DNA of 64,000 bases from Podarcis liolepis (taxonomy: Eukaryota). The notes beneath the pieces were generated by a model. It searched no databases. It was not told the DNA's origin and saw nothing but the letters and a program-made list of their open reading frames with translations. This document shows, one piece after another, positions 1 to 13,208 of the stretch. The stretch lies in assembly GCA_965112155.1 (NCBI GenBank), contig OZ218108.1. One strand, written 5' to 3'. Positions within the stretch are counted from its first letter, which is position 1. The number at the start of each line of letters is the position of its first letter. The position numbers and the translations under genes are program-made.

Positions 1-1320
1 TACCTGTGAAGATAAGTTAACCTGCAAAACCTATGAAGAAAAGTTAACCTGCAAAAGAAGACATTAACTGAGGGTGGGTAGGGTGGGAGAAGCTCTGGAG
101 CCAAGTGAGGATTCCCAGGTAAGATCCTCCCTCTATTGTGTGGGCAGGTAATCCCTCCCCTACCTGGCCTGGTCTCCTTGGCAACGCTTCCCCCAGGTGG
201 GATTGGACAACTGACTGAGGTAGGCGGAGACCTCCAGGTATCCCACCTGAGGGAAGGCAAAGCCAAGCCTATGCTGATGGGGCCGCTCCAGATCTAGGGC
301 TGCACGCGTCCACGCAAAGGGCGCCCCCGTTTTAAGCGGGGAGCGGTCATTCTTTATTTCTTACTATCAGAGCCAGTACTGTGCACCAATAAATCCCTGT
401 TGCAGTGTAGGAATAGCAGGCTATACTATATTGTAGTACAGTATAGACCTTGTAATGTTGAAAGGCTGGGTGGAAAATGTTCAAAACGAACGTTGGTGTT
501 TTTGTTTGAATCACTTAAAACTCCTGCAAACAAAGTGATTTCTCCAGTAGTTTACCACAAACTCAATTTCCCCCAGTAGTCAGCATGTTGCTTCAGTGGT
601 TTACAGTAGCAAGTGGTGAGGCAAAATATCAGCTAGCAGAAGCACTCTATTTGGAGAACAATGTTTGCATGGCTTTTCTGGGTTGTTTTTAAAAACGTTT
701 CCCAAGTTAATAATTATTCTGTTGTACAAACAGGAATCACATTTTGAAGCTATAATGGGTAACTGTACTGTGATCTGAAAAAAATAGGCAATACTAGCTG
801 TCAGAGCAATATAATTTAAAAACAGTCAGCCTGAAACCACATCCCGATAAGAGCCAATGTGTGACTTGCATTTTGATTAGTTGATTAGAGGAGCTGAGAA
901 CCTTTTAAATTAAGCACAATGTTGATTAGTAAAGGCATATCAAGATAAAACTTCTAGCCATTTCCTACTATGGAGAAAGGGTTCCTGCCAAGACAGAGAG
1001 AATTTGAATTAAGTTAAATTCAGGTTTAAATGTATATTATAATAAGAAGTGAACCCCACAAAAAGACATAGTGATTTTTTAAAAAGTCAAAAAGAGAAGG
1101 GGTGGAAAGCTGTATAGCTTAGGAGAAAACATTAAAACCTGAACTTTTTAACGGTAAAATATAAAGAAAAACAAAATAGAATGGGTGTAAAAAGTAAAGA
1201 GGAACCACTTAAAAATAGAACTGCAAAAGAGAAGTATGTTATTCAGTGTTTATAACAAGTAGAATTGGCATAAAAAGAGAATAATGATTCAGGAAATGAT
1301 ATTTCCACATTTCTTTGGAG

Positions 1321-1934
1321 CAGGGGTGCATAATCTGCGGTCCTCCAGATTTTTCGGGACTACCATTCCCATCAGCCCCAGCAAACATAGCCAGGGATCA
1401 GGGATGATGAGAAGTACCGTATTTTTCGCCCTATAGGACGCACTTTTTCCCCTCCAAAAATGAAGGGGAAATGTGTGTGCGTGCTATGGGGCGAATGCAG
1501 GCTTGCGCACCGACCCCTCTCGCTCTCCGGGCTTCAGGAGAGCCCCACCGCCAGACCCACAAACTTGGGAGACAGTGGGGAGGCGCAGCGCGCCTTTCCC
1601 GCTGTCCCCCGACTTGGTTGGAAGGCTGGCGAGGGGGAGAAGCCTGCTCCTCCCCGTCGCCAGCCCCGCAAACTTGGTTAGAAGGCTGGTGGAGGGCTTC
1701 CCCCTCCTCCAGCCCCACAAGCTCCCAGAGCCATGCCAAAGCTACACGCAGCTTCGGCATCGCTCTGGGTCCTGTTCTGGGGGCCCCGCGCCTGGGGGAG
1801 GGGGAAATATTTTTTCCCCCTTTATTCCCCCCCCCAAAAAAATCTAGGTGCGTCCTATGGGCCGGTGCGTCCTATAGGGCGAAAAATACGGTATGTCCAA
1901 CAACATCTGGAGGGCCACTGGCTGGGCACCCCTG
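1321..1934. mobile_element. hAT-type palindromic MITE, interrupted by a second MITE
   Basis: Termini CAGGGGTGC...GCACCCCTG; perfect 8-bp TSD CTTTGGAG (1313-1320 and 1935-1942). Confidence 0.85.
1417..1891. mobile_element. Tc1/mariner-pogo (Tigger-like) non-autonomous element
   Basis: Perfect 27-bp TIR CCGTATTTTTCGCCCTATAGGACGCAC; TA TSD; GC-rich interior with ~60-bp degenerate tandem units. Confidence 0.88.
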
Positions 1935-2894
1935 CTTTGGAGGAAGGCCTTGAACAGAAATAAATATATCTCCCCTCCAAAGCTGCTATTTGCTTTTGGG
2001 ATATTTAGTACCTTTAGCACCAAAGGCAGCATCCCTTGAAATGTGGATAGCCACTTCAGACTGAGCATTTTGGTTTTAATGTTATAAGGAGAGTAACAGA
2101 GACAGAGAGAATTATACCTTCCTTTACTTTCCTTCTCCACTTGCTGTATTCCTGAAGCTCCTCACTTTCCCTGTTGCAACTATTTACATACAGTTAATTG
2201 CATGCAATTATTAGTGTCATGTCTAATTTGGCTCTGACTTCTGGTGTGAGTGGAGGGATTTGTTTTGCAAAGAAGCAGAAAATAAACCAAACTCAAATGC
2301 CTTTCACTCCCCAGTAAAGGAAACTTGCTTATGTAACTATAGGCAGAAGTCACGTAATCTCTCAGTAATTGCCACACTCAGCAAATAAAGTGTTCATTAT
2401 TGGCTGCTGTGCATTTGGTTGGAGAAAATGAAGAGCCTTAGAAGCAAGAATAATTTGACCTCTATTCTCAGCCATATCAAAATAAAGCTGGCCAAATATT
2501 TGTAATATTGGTTTTGTTGTTTTTTTAAAAAAGTCATATCCATTGCAAAACAGTTAATGTATAGATGAAAAGGTAGATTAGCATAAACTAAAACATCAAG
2601 ACTGAACAGCAGCAGCAAAAGGAGTACTCGTAAAACATAATTGAGCTATTAGAAGAAGTTTAAGGAAATAAGGTTTTAAGTTTATGTTATTTATTAAATT
2701 TGTATTTAAATTTGTATCATCCGAAAATCACAGGCAGTTCACAACATCAATTCACAAAATACATGACAAAACAAACAAACTAAAGCAAACCAATACCCCT
2801 CCCCGCTACTCTCACAAGCACATTTTAAAGGCCATAGATTGTTCAATCTATCAAAGGCCTGGCTATAGAGAAACGCTTTTGCCTGGAGCCCACA

Positions 2895-3277
2895 GGGACG
2901 TGGGTGGCAATGTGGGTTAAAACCACATAAAGGGAACCACAGAGCCTAGGACTTGCCAATCAGAAGGTTGGTGGTTCGAATCCCCGCAATGGGGTGAGCT
3001 CCCGTTGTTCGGTCCCAGTTCCTGCCAACCTAGCAGTTCAAAAGCACATCAAAGTGCAAGTAGATAAATAGGTACTGCTCTGGCGGGAAGGTAAACAGCG
3101 TTTCCGTGCGCTGCTCTGGTTAGCCAGATGTGGCTTAGTCATGCTGGCCACATGACCCGGAAGCTTTCTGTAGCCAAACGCTGGCTCCCTCGGCCTATAG
3201 AGCGAGATGAGCGCTGCAACCCCAGAGTCGGCCACTACTGGACCTAATGGTCAGGGGTCCCTTTACCCTTTACCTTT
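2895..3277 (+). mobile_element. Sauria SINE (Squam1), full length
   Basis: tRNA-like head GGGACGTGGGTGGC...GGTTCGAATCCC, conserved body (gtgcaagtagataaataggtac) and (ACCTTT)-type tail. Confidence 0.9.
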
Positions 3278-3865
3278 TAAAGATATGTAATGAAGACTCC
3301 AGGAGAACCTTCCTAGGGAGTGCATTCCACAAACAGGGAGCCACCACAGAACAGGAATGAATTCAGTTTTGTCTATGCTCAACTTTAGTTTGTGTTGTGA
3401 CATTCTAGATGAGGCTACAGATAGAGAATTATAAGGGGATGTCAGGCACACCTACCCCTCCGAATATCATGATCTCCATTCAAAAGCCATATACTGGGTT
3501 GACATCTTCATCAAGCTGTCCAGTACAACTCCAGGGTCTGCTTCTTCATCACAACCAGTTCAGACCTAATTAGCATATATGCGAAATTAGGGGTGAGGTT
3601 GCCTTGGTGGTTTGCAAGAGGCAAGTACCCAGTTTGCCCATGGAAAGCAAGAACAGTTGAAGTGTTAAGCATGCATAGTATAACAGTTTGACAGAGGAGC
3701 AGAAGGCCAGTATTACGATGGTGCATCTTAAAGCAGTTATGAGCAAGTCATACATACATATTGCCTGCAGCATAGCCCACTAGAGTGCACTAAAAAATAT
3801 ACATCTGATAAGCTGCATTATCTCTTGGTTTGTTCTCTCACTTTTCTCTCTTTGCCTTCTTCCAG

Positions 3866-4146
3866 CCCAGCTACCACCCAGCCAAGCTTCTCAGGGTGTC
3901 AAGGAGACGAAGTCGTTGTCTTTAAACTCCTTACGGACTGGCGCCTCTGTTCTCCCACCAGCACTTACCACAAAATCCCCCAAAGCAGGACTCTCTCAGA
4001 GTAATTTGCTGTACTCTTTTTTACCAGTGCTGTCAGCAGAGCCTCTCCGAACAAGCCGAGTCCTGCCTGCCATTCCAAGCCAGAAGGAACCCAGCCTCGC
4101 GGAAACACTTAGCCAATCACACTGCAAATCAGACAGCGACAATTAG
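3866..4146 (+). CDS. ANKRD55: ANKRD55 terminal coding exon (C-terminus); acceptor at 3866 or internal acceptor at 4028
   Basis: Translation ...VLSAEPLRTSRVLPAIPSQKEPSLAETLSQSHCKSDSDN* resembles the recalled human C-terminus (LSGEPLRTNRVLPAIPSQ...SDEN*). Pyrimidine-rich acceptor cttttctctctttgccttcttccag ends at 3865. Same strand as, and upstream of, IL6ST, as expected from synteny. Confidence 0.8.
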
Positions 4147-5784
4147 CTGAAGAATCCCGGGCCGTCCAACAACTGGCAGATAAAAAAACATTTGTACAGA
4201 TTGCTTTCCAATCCATTGTCAGTGAGAGAGTTAGCAAACAGACTGTTTTAAAATTCATGCAGCACTTATCGCAGCAATCTATTGGGGGCATTTATTTAAC
4301 TTAATAATATATTGGGAAAGTGCTAGCAAATGTGCTGTGGAAACAGAAGGGAGACGATGAAAAACACAGTTTTTCTTAACTTTGTTATTTAGGCCTGGGA
4401 GCCAAGCAAGAGTGCCTGTTATCAGTGCCCAGTCAAATGTACTTAATCTTTAGCACATGTACATCTCTTTGAGGTCTGATTTGCATATGGTGCCACCTTC
4501 AGGAGGCCACTCAAAAGGATCTACCTGTGCAGGTACTCCAGACACCAGGCATTACATTTATCTGAGTTGTAAGACATACATATGCAGCATTTATATGCCA
4601 GTATTCTGTGGCCCAGATGGCAGCCATGTTCATGTGCAAATGCTCCAAATTTATCAGTCACCATATGGGCTAAGAACCTTTTAAACAGGATGTCCCTTAT
4701 ATAAAGCATGCACCCAGGTAAGTGCCTTTCAGAACTATCCCCACACAATGGTCTTGTTCATTCATCATGATAGGCTACAGGTTGTCTTCAACCATGGTTT
4801 AATGCCCTGCTTCTATTCCTTCTTTGTATTTTTCTGTTTTGTGGCTCATGGTTTTTGTGAACCAAGAAAACCATGATCCAGGTTCAGATGATGAAAGCCA
4901 TACTGTGGCCTTTTTGGGTGCCGCGAGATAAGCAGGAGAGGAATGGCAAGGGGAACAGCATGGCAGGAAGCAAGCACATTTATGATTAAAGAATGGTTTA
5001 AGGCAAACAGGCTTGTTTTCCTGTGCAAACCAGGCCATATGGCTGACCCAGTTCAATCATCTCTAAGACCATTTTGAAGGTTGCATTGACTAGTAGGAGT
5101 GAAGCACACTTCCAGTATTTTGTACCCTGAGTGTTGGCTAGGATTTTCTTTTCTTTTTCCCTTTTAATTGGTGAAGGTTTTTTAATATATCAAAACAAAA
5201 TATAAACCAACGGTAAAAAAAAAGTTGACTATGACTGTAGAAAATCTATGAACTATAAATAAAACTCATACTTTATAAATTTCTTGATGTTGGATTGTCA
5301 AGAAATATGCATTTCCTGTGTTAGGAACTGTTGGTCCCTGTGATCTCTGTGCTAAATATAGTGCAGAGAAGGGCAGACCAATGAAGAGCATTGCCTTTTC
5401 AGTTGTATAGTTGATGATTGCAAAAGAAATATATATAATGTATATATTTGCAAATGTACATATCTGCATTCAGCAAACGCGCTTGGGGATTTTTCCACAC
5501 AATCAGTTTAAACTTATTTGTGGTGCTTTTTCAAGCCATTGCAGCAGCACTGCTATATTGCTCTGTTCACAGTTACTCAGTTTTGCCAGCACCACCATGA
5601 CAAATAAAGTACCGCTATCTAGGGCTTTTTGCTACAAGGGCATGTGTGGCGGCATTATTATTCTTATTATCATAGTTGTTATTGCTATTTATTAAATTTC
5701 AATACCACCCTTCAGCTGAAGATCACAGGGTGGTTTACAATATAAAAACACAGAAATATACAAACCACAATAACAAATTAAAAC

Positions 5785-5788
<4 letters not shown>

Positions 5789-5815
<27 letters not shown>
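5789..5815. repeat. (CA)n microsatellite
   Basis: About 13 perfect AC units. Confidence 0.95.
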
Positions 5816-5819
<4 letters not shown>

Positions 5820-6552
5820 AACATAGATTGCTTAATTAGCCATAGGTCTGGGAGGAGGAGAATGTTTTTGTCATGATATACAACACATGTCATGATATAC
5901 AACACATTCGCCATTGTGTGGAAGGCTGTGGTCTGGTGATTTGTGTGCTAGTTGTTGGTGGGCCCTACTTTCCCTTCCTGCAGTTCTTTATCTTTAAACT
6001 GGACTTGGACCAGTCAGCCCTTCAAATAGAGCACCGTCCACCATTCATTTTCCTTCCTTCCTTCTTTCCTTCTAGAAATAAACAAATAATATTGTTCATT
6101 TGCCAGTAAGTGTGGCTAGAAGAATAAGGCATAACTATACAAACAGATTTTCATACTCTTATCTAAAGGAGGTCACACAAACCTATGGGCAGATGAAATC
6201 TCTTCCACCACCATCCCACTTCCTGCTCAGAGGGATCTGCTCCTTCTTCTCAGGTTACTCCTTCTCTGAAAGTTCAGATCCTTTTCCTCCATCTCACAAA
6301 GATCATGGTTATGCATAAATCCCTTTCCATCTTCATTAAATCTAGCCTAAGTATGTATGTACCTACCTACTAAATTCATAGGGAAATTTCTAAAATCTCT
6401 CCCAGACTATTCTCCTAAATCTAGTCCCTAATCCTTCCCAGGCTATTCTCCCTAAATCAAGCCCTGTTGAATTTTAAGCTTACAATAGGCACTTGCAGAT
6501 GGCCTCTTGAGAAGGCTATCAACATCTACTACTAGCCAAGATATCTGTGCAG

Positions 6553-6890
6553 ACCCTCCAAGTGTCCCTATTTTCCAGGGACATCCCTGATTTAGAGAAG
6601 CCATCCCGTTTTCTGATTTGATCCCGGAATGTCCCAATTTTCCTTAGGCTGTCCCTATTTTCATTGGAGAAATGTTGGAAGGTATGGAGTTATGCGACCC
6701 CCAAGGTGTATGAAGGCAATCCTGTAGAGGGAAGGGTCTTTTAAATGTTTAATGTTTTATTGTGTTTTATTTATATGTTGCAAGCTGCCCAGAGTGGCTG
6801 GGGCTACCCAGTAAGATGTGTTGGGTATAAATAGTAAAAATCACCATGGAATGGGACGTCCCTATTTTCGTTGGAGAAATATTTGAGGGT
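6553..6890. mobile_element. Probable non-autonomous DNA element with internal repeats
   Basis: Starts ACCCTCCAA and ends TTTGAGGGT; internal motif gtccctattttc occurs three times. Confidence 0.4.
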
Positions 6891-7817
6891 GTGTCTGTGT
6901 AGTATTGTAGGTGACCACAAGCGGGGAGAGTGCTGTTGTACTAATTTACTTCATGACATTTTGTTTTCCTACAATTTTAGAAAATCTTAGTGAGATTTTG
7001 CAAGCTGATTCCAAGCAAAACAGTATGCTCAGAAACCTTCAGGCAATGATCTGTCTTTTATCCTCCAAAAGTACCACGCCAGAAATGTTCATGACTTCTT
7101 TAACCAATGTAGGGCAATGCCATCATTTTGGTAAGTGAACAAGACAACTGCATTACAGTCTGAATCTCTTCATTTAGAAGGGTGTGTCCATTTCATTTTA
7201 TTGGAAGTGATTGTGGTCCTTAAGCAATAACAACCTTTTTATATGGTATTTTTTTAATGGAAGCCAACAAACCAGCTGGTCCTGATTAACACTACTGCTA
7301 AATTGTTGCCAAGAAATGCCTTCCTTGTAATTTTGTAGGAATGTATTTCCTTTTTTATTGCAAAAATTGTAATTATGTTTCCCAGAATATTTCTGAGACA
7401 AGGACCAATCATCGCTGAATCGGAGCTCCATCACAATGACCATACCTTCCCCCATCCTTGAGTACAAAGTTCATCAGTGAGGAACAACCTACTGCAATCA
7501 AGTAGATCAACAGGGGCCACAAGATGAGCAGAAAACAGTCACGGAAACCTGAGAATGTGGGTGGAAATTATACCATCAGCTTTGCTGCATGTCTTCAAAG
7601 TCTGCAGTGTAGGGAGAGCAGTTAAGCTTCACCATCACCACCAATTGCCTTCTGTAACCCCAACTCTCAACAGCTGTTCTCCTAGTTCAGTTCCAAATGA
7701 ATGGTTTTGATGGAAACACAGTTCTAGGCTGGAGAAAAGAGAAGATGATGAGGGAGAAATTGAAGTAGAAGGCAGCACATAAGACAGGGGTGAGCAACCT
7801 AGGACCCTCCAGACATT

Positions 7818-8136
7818 ATAGAATAGAATCATAGAGTTGGAAGAGACCACAAGGGCCATCGAGTCCAACCCCCTGCCAAGCAGGAAACACCATCAGAGCA
7901 CTCCTGACATATGGTTGTCAAGCCTCTGCTTAAAGACCTCCAAAGAAGGAGACTCCACCACACTCCTTGGCAGCAAATTCCACTGTCCAACAGCTCTTAC
8001 TGTCAGGAGGTTCTTCCTAATGTTTAGGTGGAATCTTCTTTCTTGTAGTTTGGATCCATTGCTCCGTGTCCGCTTCTCTGGAGCAGCAGAAAACAATCTT
8101 TCTCCCTCCTCTATGTGACATCCTTTTATATATTTG
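7818..8136 (-). mobile_element. CR1 LINE 3' fragment inserted in a hAT-type MITE (host halves ~7785-7817 and ~8138-8230)
   Basis: Minus ORF KYIKGCHIEEGERLFS...WNLLPRSVVESPSLEVFKQRLD is a CR1 ORF2 C-terminus; ATTCTATG-like tail at the 3' end. Confidence 0.9.
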
Positions 8137-9526
8137 ATTCTTGGACCCCCAACTTCCATCATCCTCAGCACAGACAATGGTCAGTGATGATTGGAGTTGT
8201 AATCCATCTGAAGGGCTGTATGTTCCCCATAAGATAAGCATTAAGTGCCTTCCTTCCAACTTCTGCTCTGAAAACTGTACCTTCCCAGTCCTGCTGTGGA
8301 GCTGAAGAACCCTGTGCTAAGTAATGAAACTCTGCTCCCACCCAACCTGTACATTTAGAGCAGTATAATGCCACTCTAAACAGCCATGGCTTCCTACAAA
8401 TAATCCCAGAAACTTGCTGAGAGTTGTTGGGAGGCTCCAATTCACAGAGCTATAATTCCCAGTGTGGTTTAGCAGTCAGGCCACTTACATCTTGGTAGCA
8501 TAGGTGGGGGTTGGTCACTGGCCCCGAGAGGGTTTACTTGAGCCTGCAGTGAGCCCATTGTGGCAGGAACTATCCTGTTCTTACTGGGCTCCTGAGAAAA
8601 CAGGGACTTGCTGGCAGCAAACCAAAGCAGAATCCAGTCCAAAGTCAGAGTCCAAGCAAGCAGAGTCCACAACAAGGGTCAGGTGAGAGGCAAAGCCACA
8701 GCAGTCTACAAACACTGGAGCTATTTCATGTATCTAAACAGAACTGTTAAGTTCCCTGAAATTAGTTATTGCCTCAGTTATGTTCTTGGATTTGTGTATT
8801 CAGTTCAGGAACCGTTTGTACATGTCCCTTGCCAAAGGTTAGAAGCAGCTATTGGAGAAAAGGCACTCGTGGATGGAATGCTTTTGTTGTGTTTTGTTCT
8901 AAAGCCGGAGACTGTGTTGATCTGCAAACAGTATCAGTCATGCCAGGCAGGGCAAAGCAGCCTCACCCCTGAAGTTCTTCCAACTGATTGGTGCAGCAGC
9001 AGTAGTGAAGGAAACTTGCTTAACATTTGCACCTAGATGTTCCCGCTTGTTTGTCTTCTCTTTCATCATTTGTGCCTGTTTCTTTCTCCTCTCCTCCACA
9101 TCTTCAATGTAGACTTAATTCACATATGGGATACACAAGAGAAACCACTCAACAGGAGTTATAGTTTACAAATTTAAAATAGAATCCTCCCAAAACCAGC
9201 TCCAAGATCACAACATGTCAAAGATGTGAGATATATTTTATTTTAATCTTCGTTTTATGACCTTTGTTTCTCTTTGGGCTTCTTTTAAACTAAATTCTTC
9301 ATTACCTAATAAATAGGAAGAATGTATGTTTGCTCCCATGTGCTTCTCTCACAAAGCAACACCTTACACTTTTCCAATGTGGTGATAATTATTGTGCTTT
9401 AAAAAAATGTGGTCTATAATTGCTGAAGTACAACTTCATATTCTTGTTGCTTCATACAAAGCAAAGGTTTAACATCTATTCAGAGATATCACTTTCTGTA
9501 GACAAGAAACCTTCACTTAGCTATTC

Positions 9527-9780
9527 GTAGAATCATAGAATAGTAGAGTTGGAAGGGACCCTGAGGGTCATCTAGTCCAACCCCCCTGCAATGCAAGAAT
9601 CAACTAAAGTATCCATGACAGATGGCCATCCAACCTCTCCGTATAAACCTCCAAGGAAGGAGAGTCCACCACCTTCTGAGAAAGTCCATTCCACTGTTGA
9701 ACAGCTCTTACCATCAGAAGTTCTTCCTGATGTTTAGTCGGAATTGCCTTTTTTGTAATTTGAATACATTGGTTCGAATC
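9527..9780 (-). mobile_element. CR1 LINE 3' fragment
   Basis: agaatcatagaatagtagagttggaagggacc...tccaacccc 3' UTR, homologous to 7818-8136. Confidence 0.85.
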
Positions 9781-10569
9781 TTACCAGTTCTATGAAATCC
9801 CCTAAAATATTCACCCACTTCTTATAAGAATCAAGGTTCTGAGTTACAGGAAAAGGCATGGGATGGGCTGCAGTCCATTTTCTTCTTCTTTTGTCAATTT
9901 CACAATAATACAACTTGACCTTGACCTTGAAAACAAAAAAAGAGGGGGAATGTTCACCCTTTTCCTGTTTTTGTTCTTTGAACTTTTCAGTTGGGTGAAC
10001 TCTCCGAGATTACTTTCTTTTCCCTTTTTTTAAAAACTCACAAATGCAGAGCAAAAATGAAATGGACAAACAAGTGTTACACATCAGTTATCATTTTTCT
10101 ATACAAAAGTGGAAACCGAGCGGAAAATATGTTGATCAAGCAGCCTTGCACTTTGACAAATTTAGGTTCATATTTGATCTAATGCTTTATTATTCCGTAG
10201 CCTATAATGATTTACATGATCCACATTTGGTTTGGCCATTAGGTAGATGGGGGTTGCGGGTCTCTGCCCCCCTGACCCAGCCACAGTTATTCTACCTGAG
10301 CAGGCAGACAGTAAACCTGCCAAAGCACTCCAGCAGGCAATGTGAGTTTGTTCTTGCTTGTGTAGGAAAGGAGCAGGCACCAGGTGGAGTAGTGAGTGAG
10401 ATGCAGACAGGTATTGGAAGACCAAGCTGTATGTGCCACACTGTGACCTGCCTTGGTCGCCTAATATTGCTGCTGTCTCAGCAGAGAAGCTGGAATGAGA
10501 TCAAGCTGAAGTCCAATCAGCTTCCGCACAAGGAATGGGGGTGAAAGCATAATCCTGGCCCGATTGCGC

Positions 10570-10806
10570 TGCCCCAATTCAAAGTGCTGGTTTTGACCTA
10601 TAAAGCCTTAAACAACTCAGGACCCCAACAGCTCATGAACCGCCTCTTCCCATGTTAGCCACCCCAGACCCTGTGATCAGTTTTTTTTCATTAGTAGTAG
10701 CAGCCGTAGTTGCAGTACTATTTTGTGTTCTCATTTTGTATTCTTCTGTTGTGAACCACCCTGTGATATTCAGAGGAAGGGCAGTATGCAAGTTTAATAA
10801 ATAAAT
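10570..10806 (+). mobile_element. Degenerate L2 LINE 3' end
   Basis: ttcaaagtgctggttttgacctataaagcc (FKVLVLTYKA) and an L2-type tail ending aataaataaat. Confidence 0.6.
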
Positions 10807-12788
10807 ACTCTCATTTACTTAAGGCAGTTAAATGTCTTGAACTGATCCTGCTTCATTCTGGCTCTACCAGGAATTGACTGGTAACACCAAGCAGTCGATT
10901 CAAATGGGCAGTTCCTGAGATCATCTGTGTTCAGATATAAGTGGATGCTGTTTTGAATAAAGACGGAAGCTTTCAAAACTGCACGGATTTTAGCCACCGA
11001 TTTTGTGTACCACCTTGTATATCACCAGCAGTACCACCCTGGATGCAACCCAAGGGACATTCCTACTGGCTGTAGACCAGGGAGGAGGATCCTCTAACCT
11101 CCAGTTGTTGCTGGACTCCCATAACCTCTGAACATTTGTTATCTTGGCTGCAGCTGCTGGGAGTATGGATAAATTAATGCACAATAAAAAAGACAACTGG
11201 AGAGACCCTGTGTCAGACCAGTGATGTATCTAGCCCAGTTCCATCCTGTAGCCACTCTCAAAGATCTCTGTAAGAGGCCTTTCAAAAGCCCTTCTAGCTG
11301 AGATCCATTAACTGAAGATGCCAGGAAGGTGGCCATCTTTCCTACTTTTCAGAGGAAAGTCATCTATTTGAAAGGCTGCCCATCTAAGGGTGGCTGCAAG
11401 ATAAAAACACCCTAAGAAGGAAGAGCAGGGGCTTTGAAGTTGCCCGTTGACAGAGAACACCTAGCCAACAGTCACAAAGGTCACCTGGTCACAATCTTCC
11501 CCATTATGAGATTTTATGTGTTTCTATTTAAATTATAGTAATTCTTTCTATGCAAATAAATTAGCACATTGCATATGTATCCTGTTTTGTCTTTTTTGTG
11601 ACTTGTGTCCTCTTTTTTGGCAATGCATACCTGGCCACCCTGCAGTGAACTTGGGATCTTCTGCATGCAAAGTGTATGCACCACAGAGCCAGTGAAAAAG
11701 AGGTGCCAGAACCAGTGGCAGCGTTAGCTGCATGGGAGCCCAGAGTGGCAACCATGCTGTGCACCGGGGGGGCGGGGCAAGCTGCGCGGCAGGGCCATTC
11801 ATCACACACAGGGTTGGCAAGGCGAGCCCCCTGCTGTGTGCCTTTTTGTCACCCCACTCATAGATGACATCCAGGGCATCCTACACCCCTGGCCAGAACT
11901 CACCATGAACACCTCCCTTGTTCTTCTATAATGGCAATGGCACCCACTTGAGAGGTGCTGGAACTGAGTATCAGCAAGTTCCGGATGGTGGGAAAAAAGC
12001 CCTGCACAGAGGTATGGCCAAATCCCTTTTCACAGAGAAGCATTTCCACTCAGCACAGACTAGGACACATTTCTATTACATTACATTCTAACTCTGGCCT
12101 TGAAAACATATTTGGGATCTGTTGGTTAAGGAGAGGCTGCCAGTCCCATAATCTCCAGAATCCCAAAGAACCAAAGAATCTTTGGTTTGCCCAAAGAACC
12201 AAAATGCTAAAGGGCAGAGTTGTGGTGAACCAACGAAGACTTCTGTGTGGTTTTCCATAGTCTATTGTGTTCCTTATTTACAGCAGAGATGCATTTCTTT
12301 GGAAATGTGATGGCTTCGTTGCCAAGAATCCCATCCTCTATAATCTGCTCTGCTGAGAAATGTTTGTAAAAAAAATATAGCGGAGTTTGACGGGTGAGCC
12401 AAAAAAGCATATGGGAGGACAGATGTGGAGATCTTTGGGGAAACATAATCCCTCTGCTATCGGTCAGTGAAAATAAAGAATGGCCTTCCTAGAAACCATT
12501 GTCATATCCTGAAATGCTCCTTTCTCTGAAATGTTTCAAGGGCTGTTCTCTCAACGGCACAGCTTTTTCCTGGTAGGTTTAATTAATTTGGTCTTGGCGG
12601 TCGTGTTAAGGGGAGAAACAGATGCTACTTGGGAAAGCCAGGGGTCTCAACCCCATGGTTCTTTCATAACATTAATGGAGGCAGTTTCCAGCAACTAGTA
12701 TTCATTACTGCCTCCAGACGCAGAGGCAGAACATAGCCAGCATGGCTAGTAGCTCTTGATAGCTTTATATCCCATTAATTTGTTTAAG

Positions 12789-13208
12789 TGAAAGGAAATG
12801 AAAGCTGGACCATAAAGAAGGCTGATCGCCAAAGAATTGATGCTTTTGAATTATGGTGCTGGAGGAGACTCTTGAGAGTCCCATGGACTGCAAGAAGATC
12901 AAACCTATCCATTCTTAAGGAAATCAGCCCTGAGTGCTCACTGGAAGGACAGATCCTGAAGCTGAGGCTCCAATACTTTGGCCACTTCATGAGAAGAGAC
13001 GACTCCCTGGAAAAGACCCTGATGCTGGGAAAGATGCACAAGGAAAAGGGGACGACAGAGGATGAGATGGTTGGACAGTGTTCTCGAAGCTACAAACATG
13101 AGTTTGCCCAAACTGCGGGAGGCAGTGGAAGACAGGAGTGCCTGGCGTGCTCTGGTCCATGGGGTCACGAAGAGTAGGACACGACTAAACGACTAAACAA
13201 CAACAACA
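12789..13208 (+). mobile_element. RTE/BovB LINE 3' fragment, inserted in an older minus-strand CR1-like remnant (~12700-13370)
   Basis: ESWTIKKADRQRIDAFELWCWRRLLRVPWTARRSN...LRLQYFGH; (CAA)n tail; 12-bp TSD aatttgt(t/c)taag at 12777-12788 and 13209-13220. Confidence 0.92.

Noticed and set aside
1-350. GC-richer segment with a short direct repeat (aagttaacctgcaaaa twice) and donor-like CAG|GTAAGA
   Set aside because: No ANKRD55-like translation recognised; probably part of a repeat truncated by the window edge, not classifiable.
1431-1963. Overlapping ORFs up to 160 aa
   Set aside because: Lie in the GC-rich interior of a non-autonomous MITE; no transposase motifs.
10044-10544. 166-aa ORF
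   Set aside because: No recognisable domain or splice context; likely chance.
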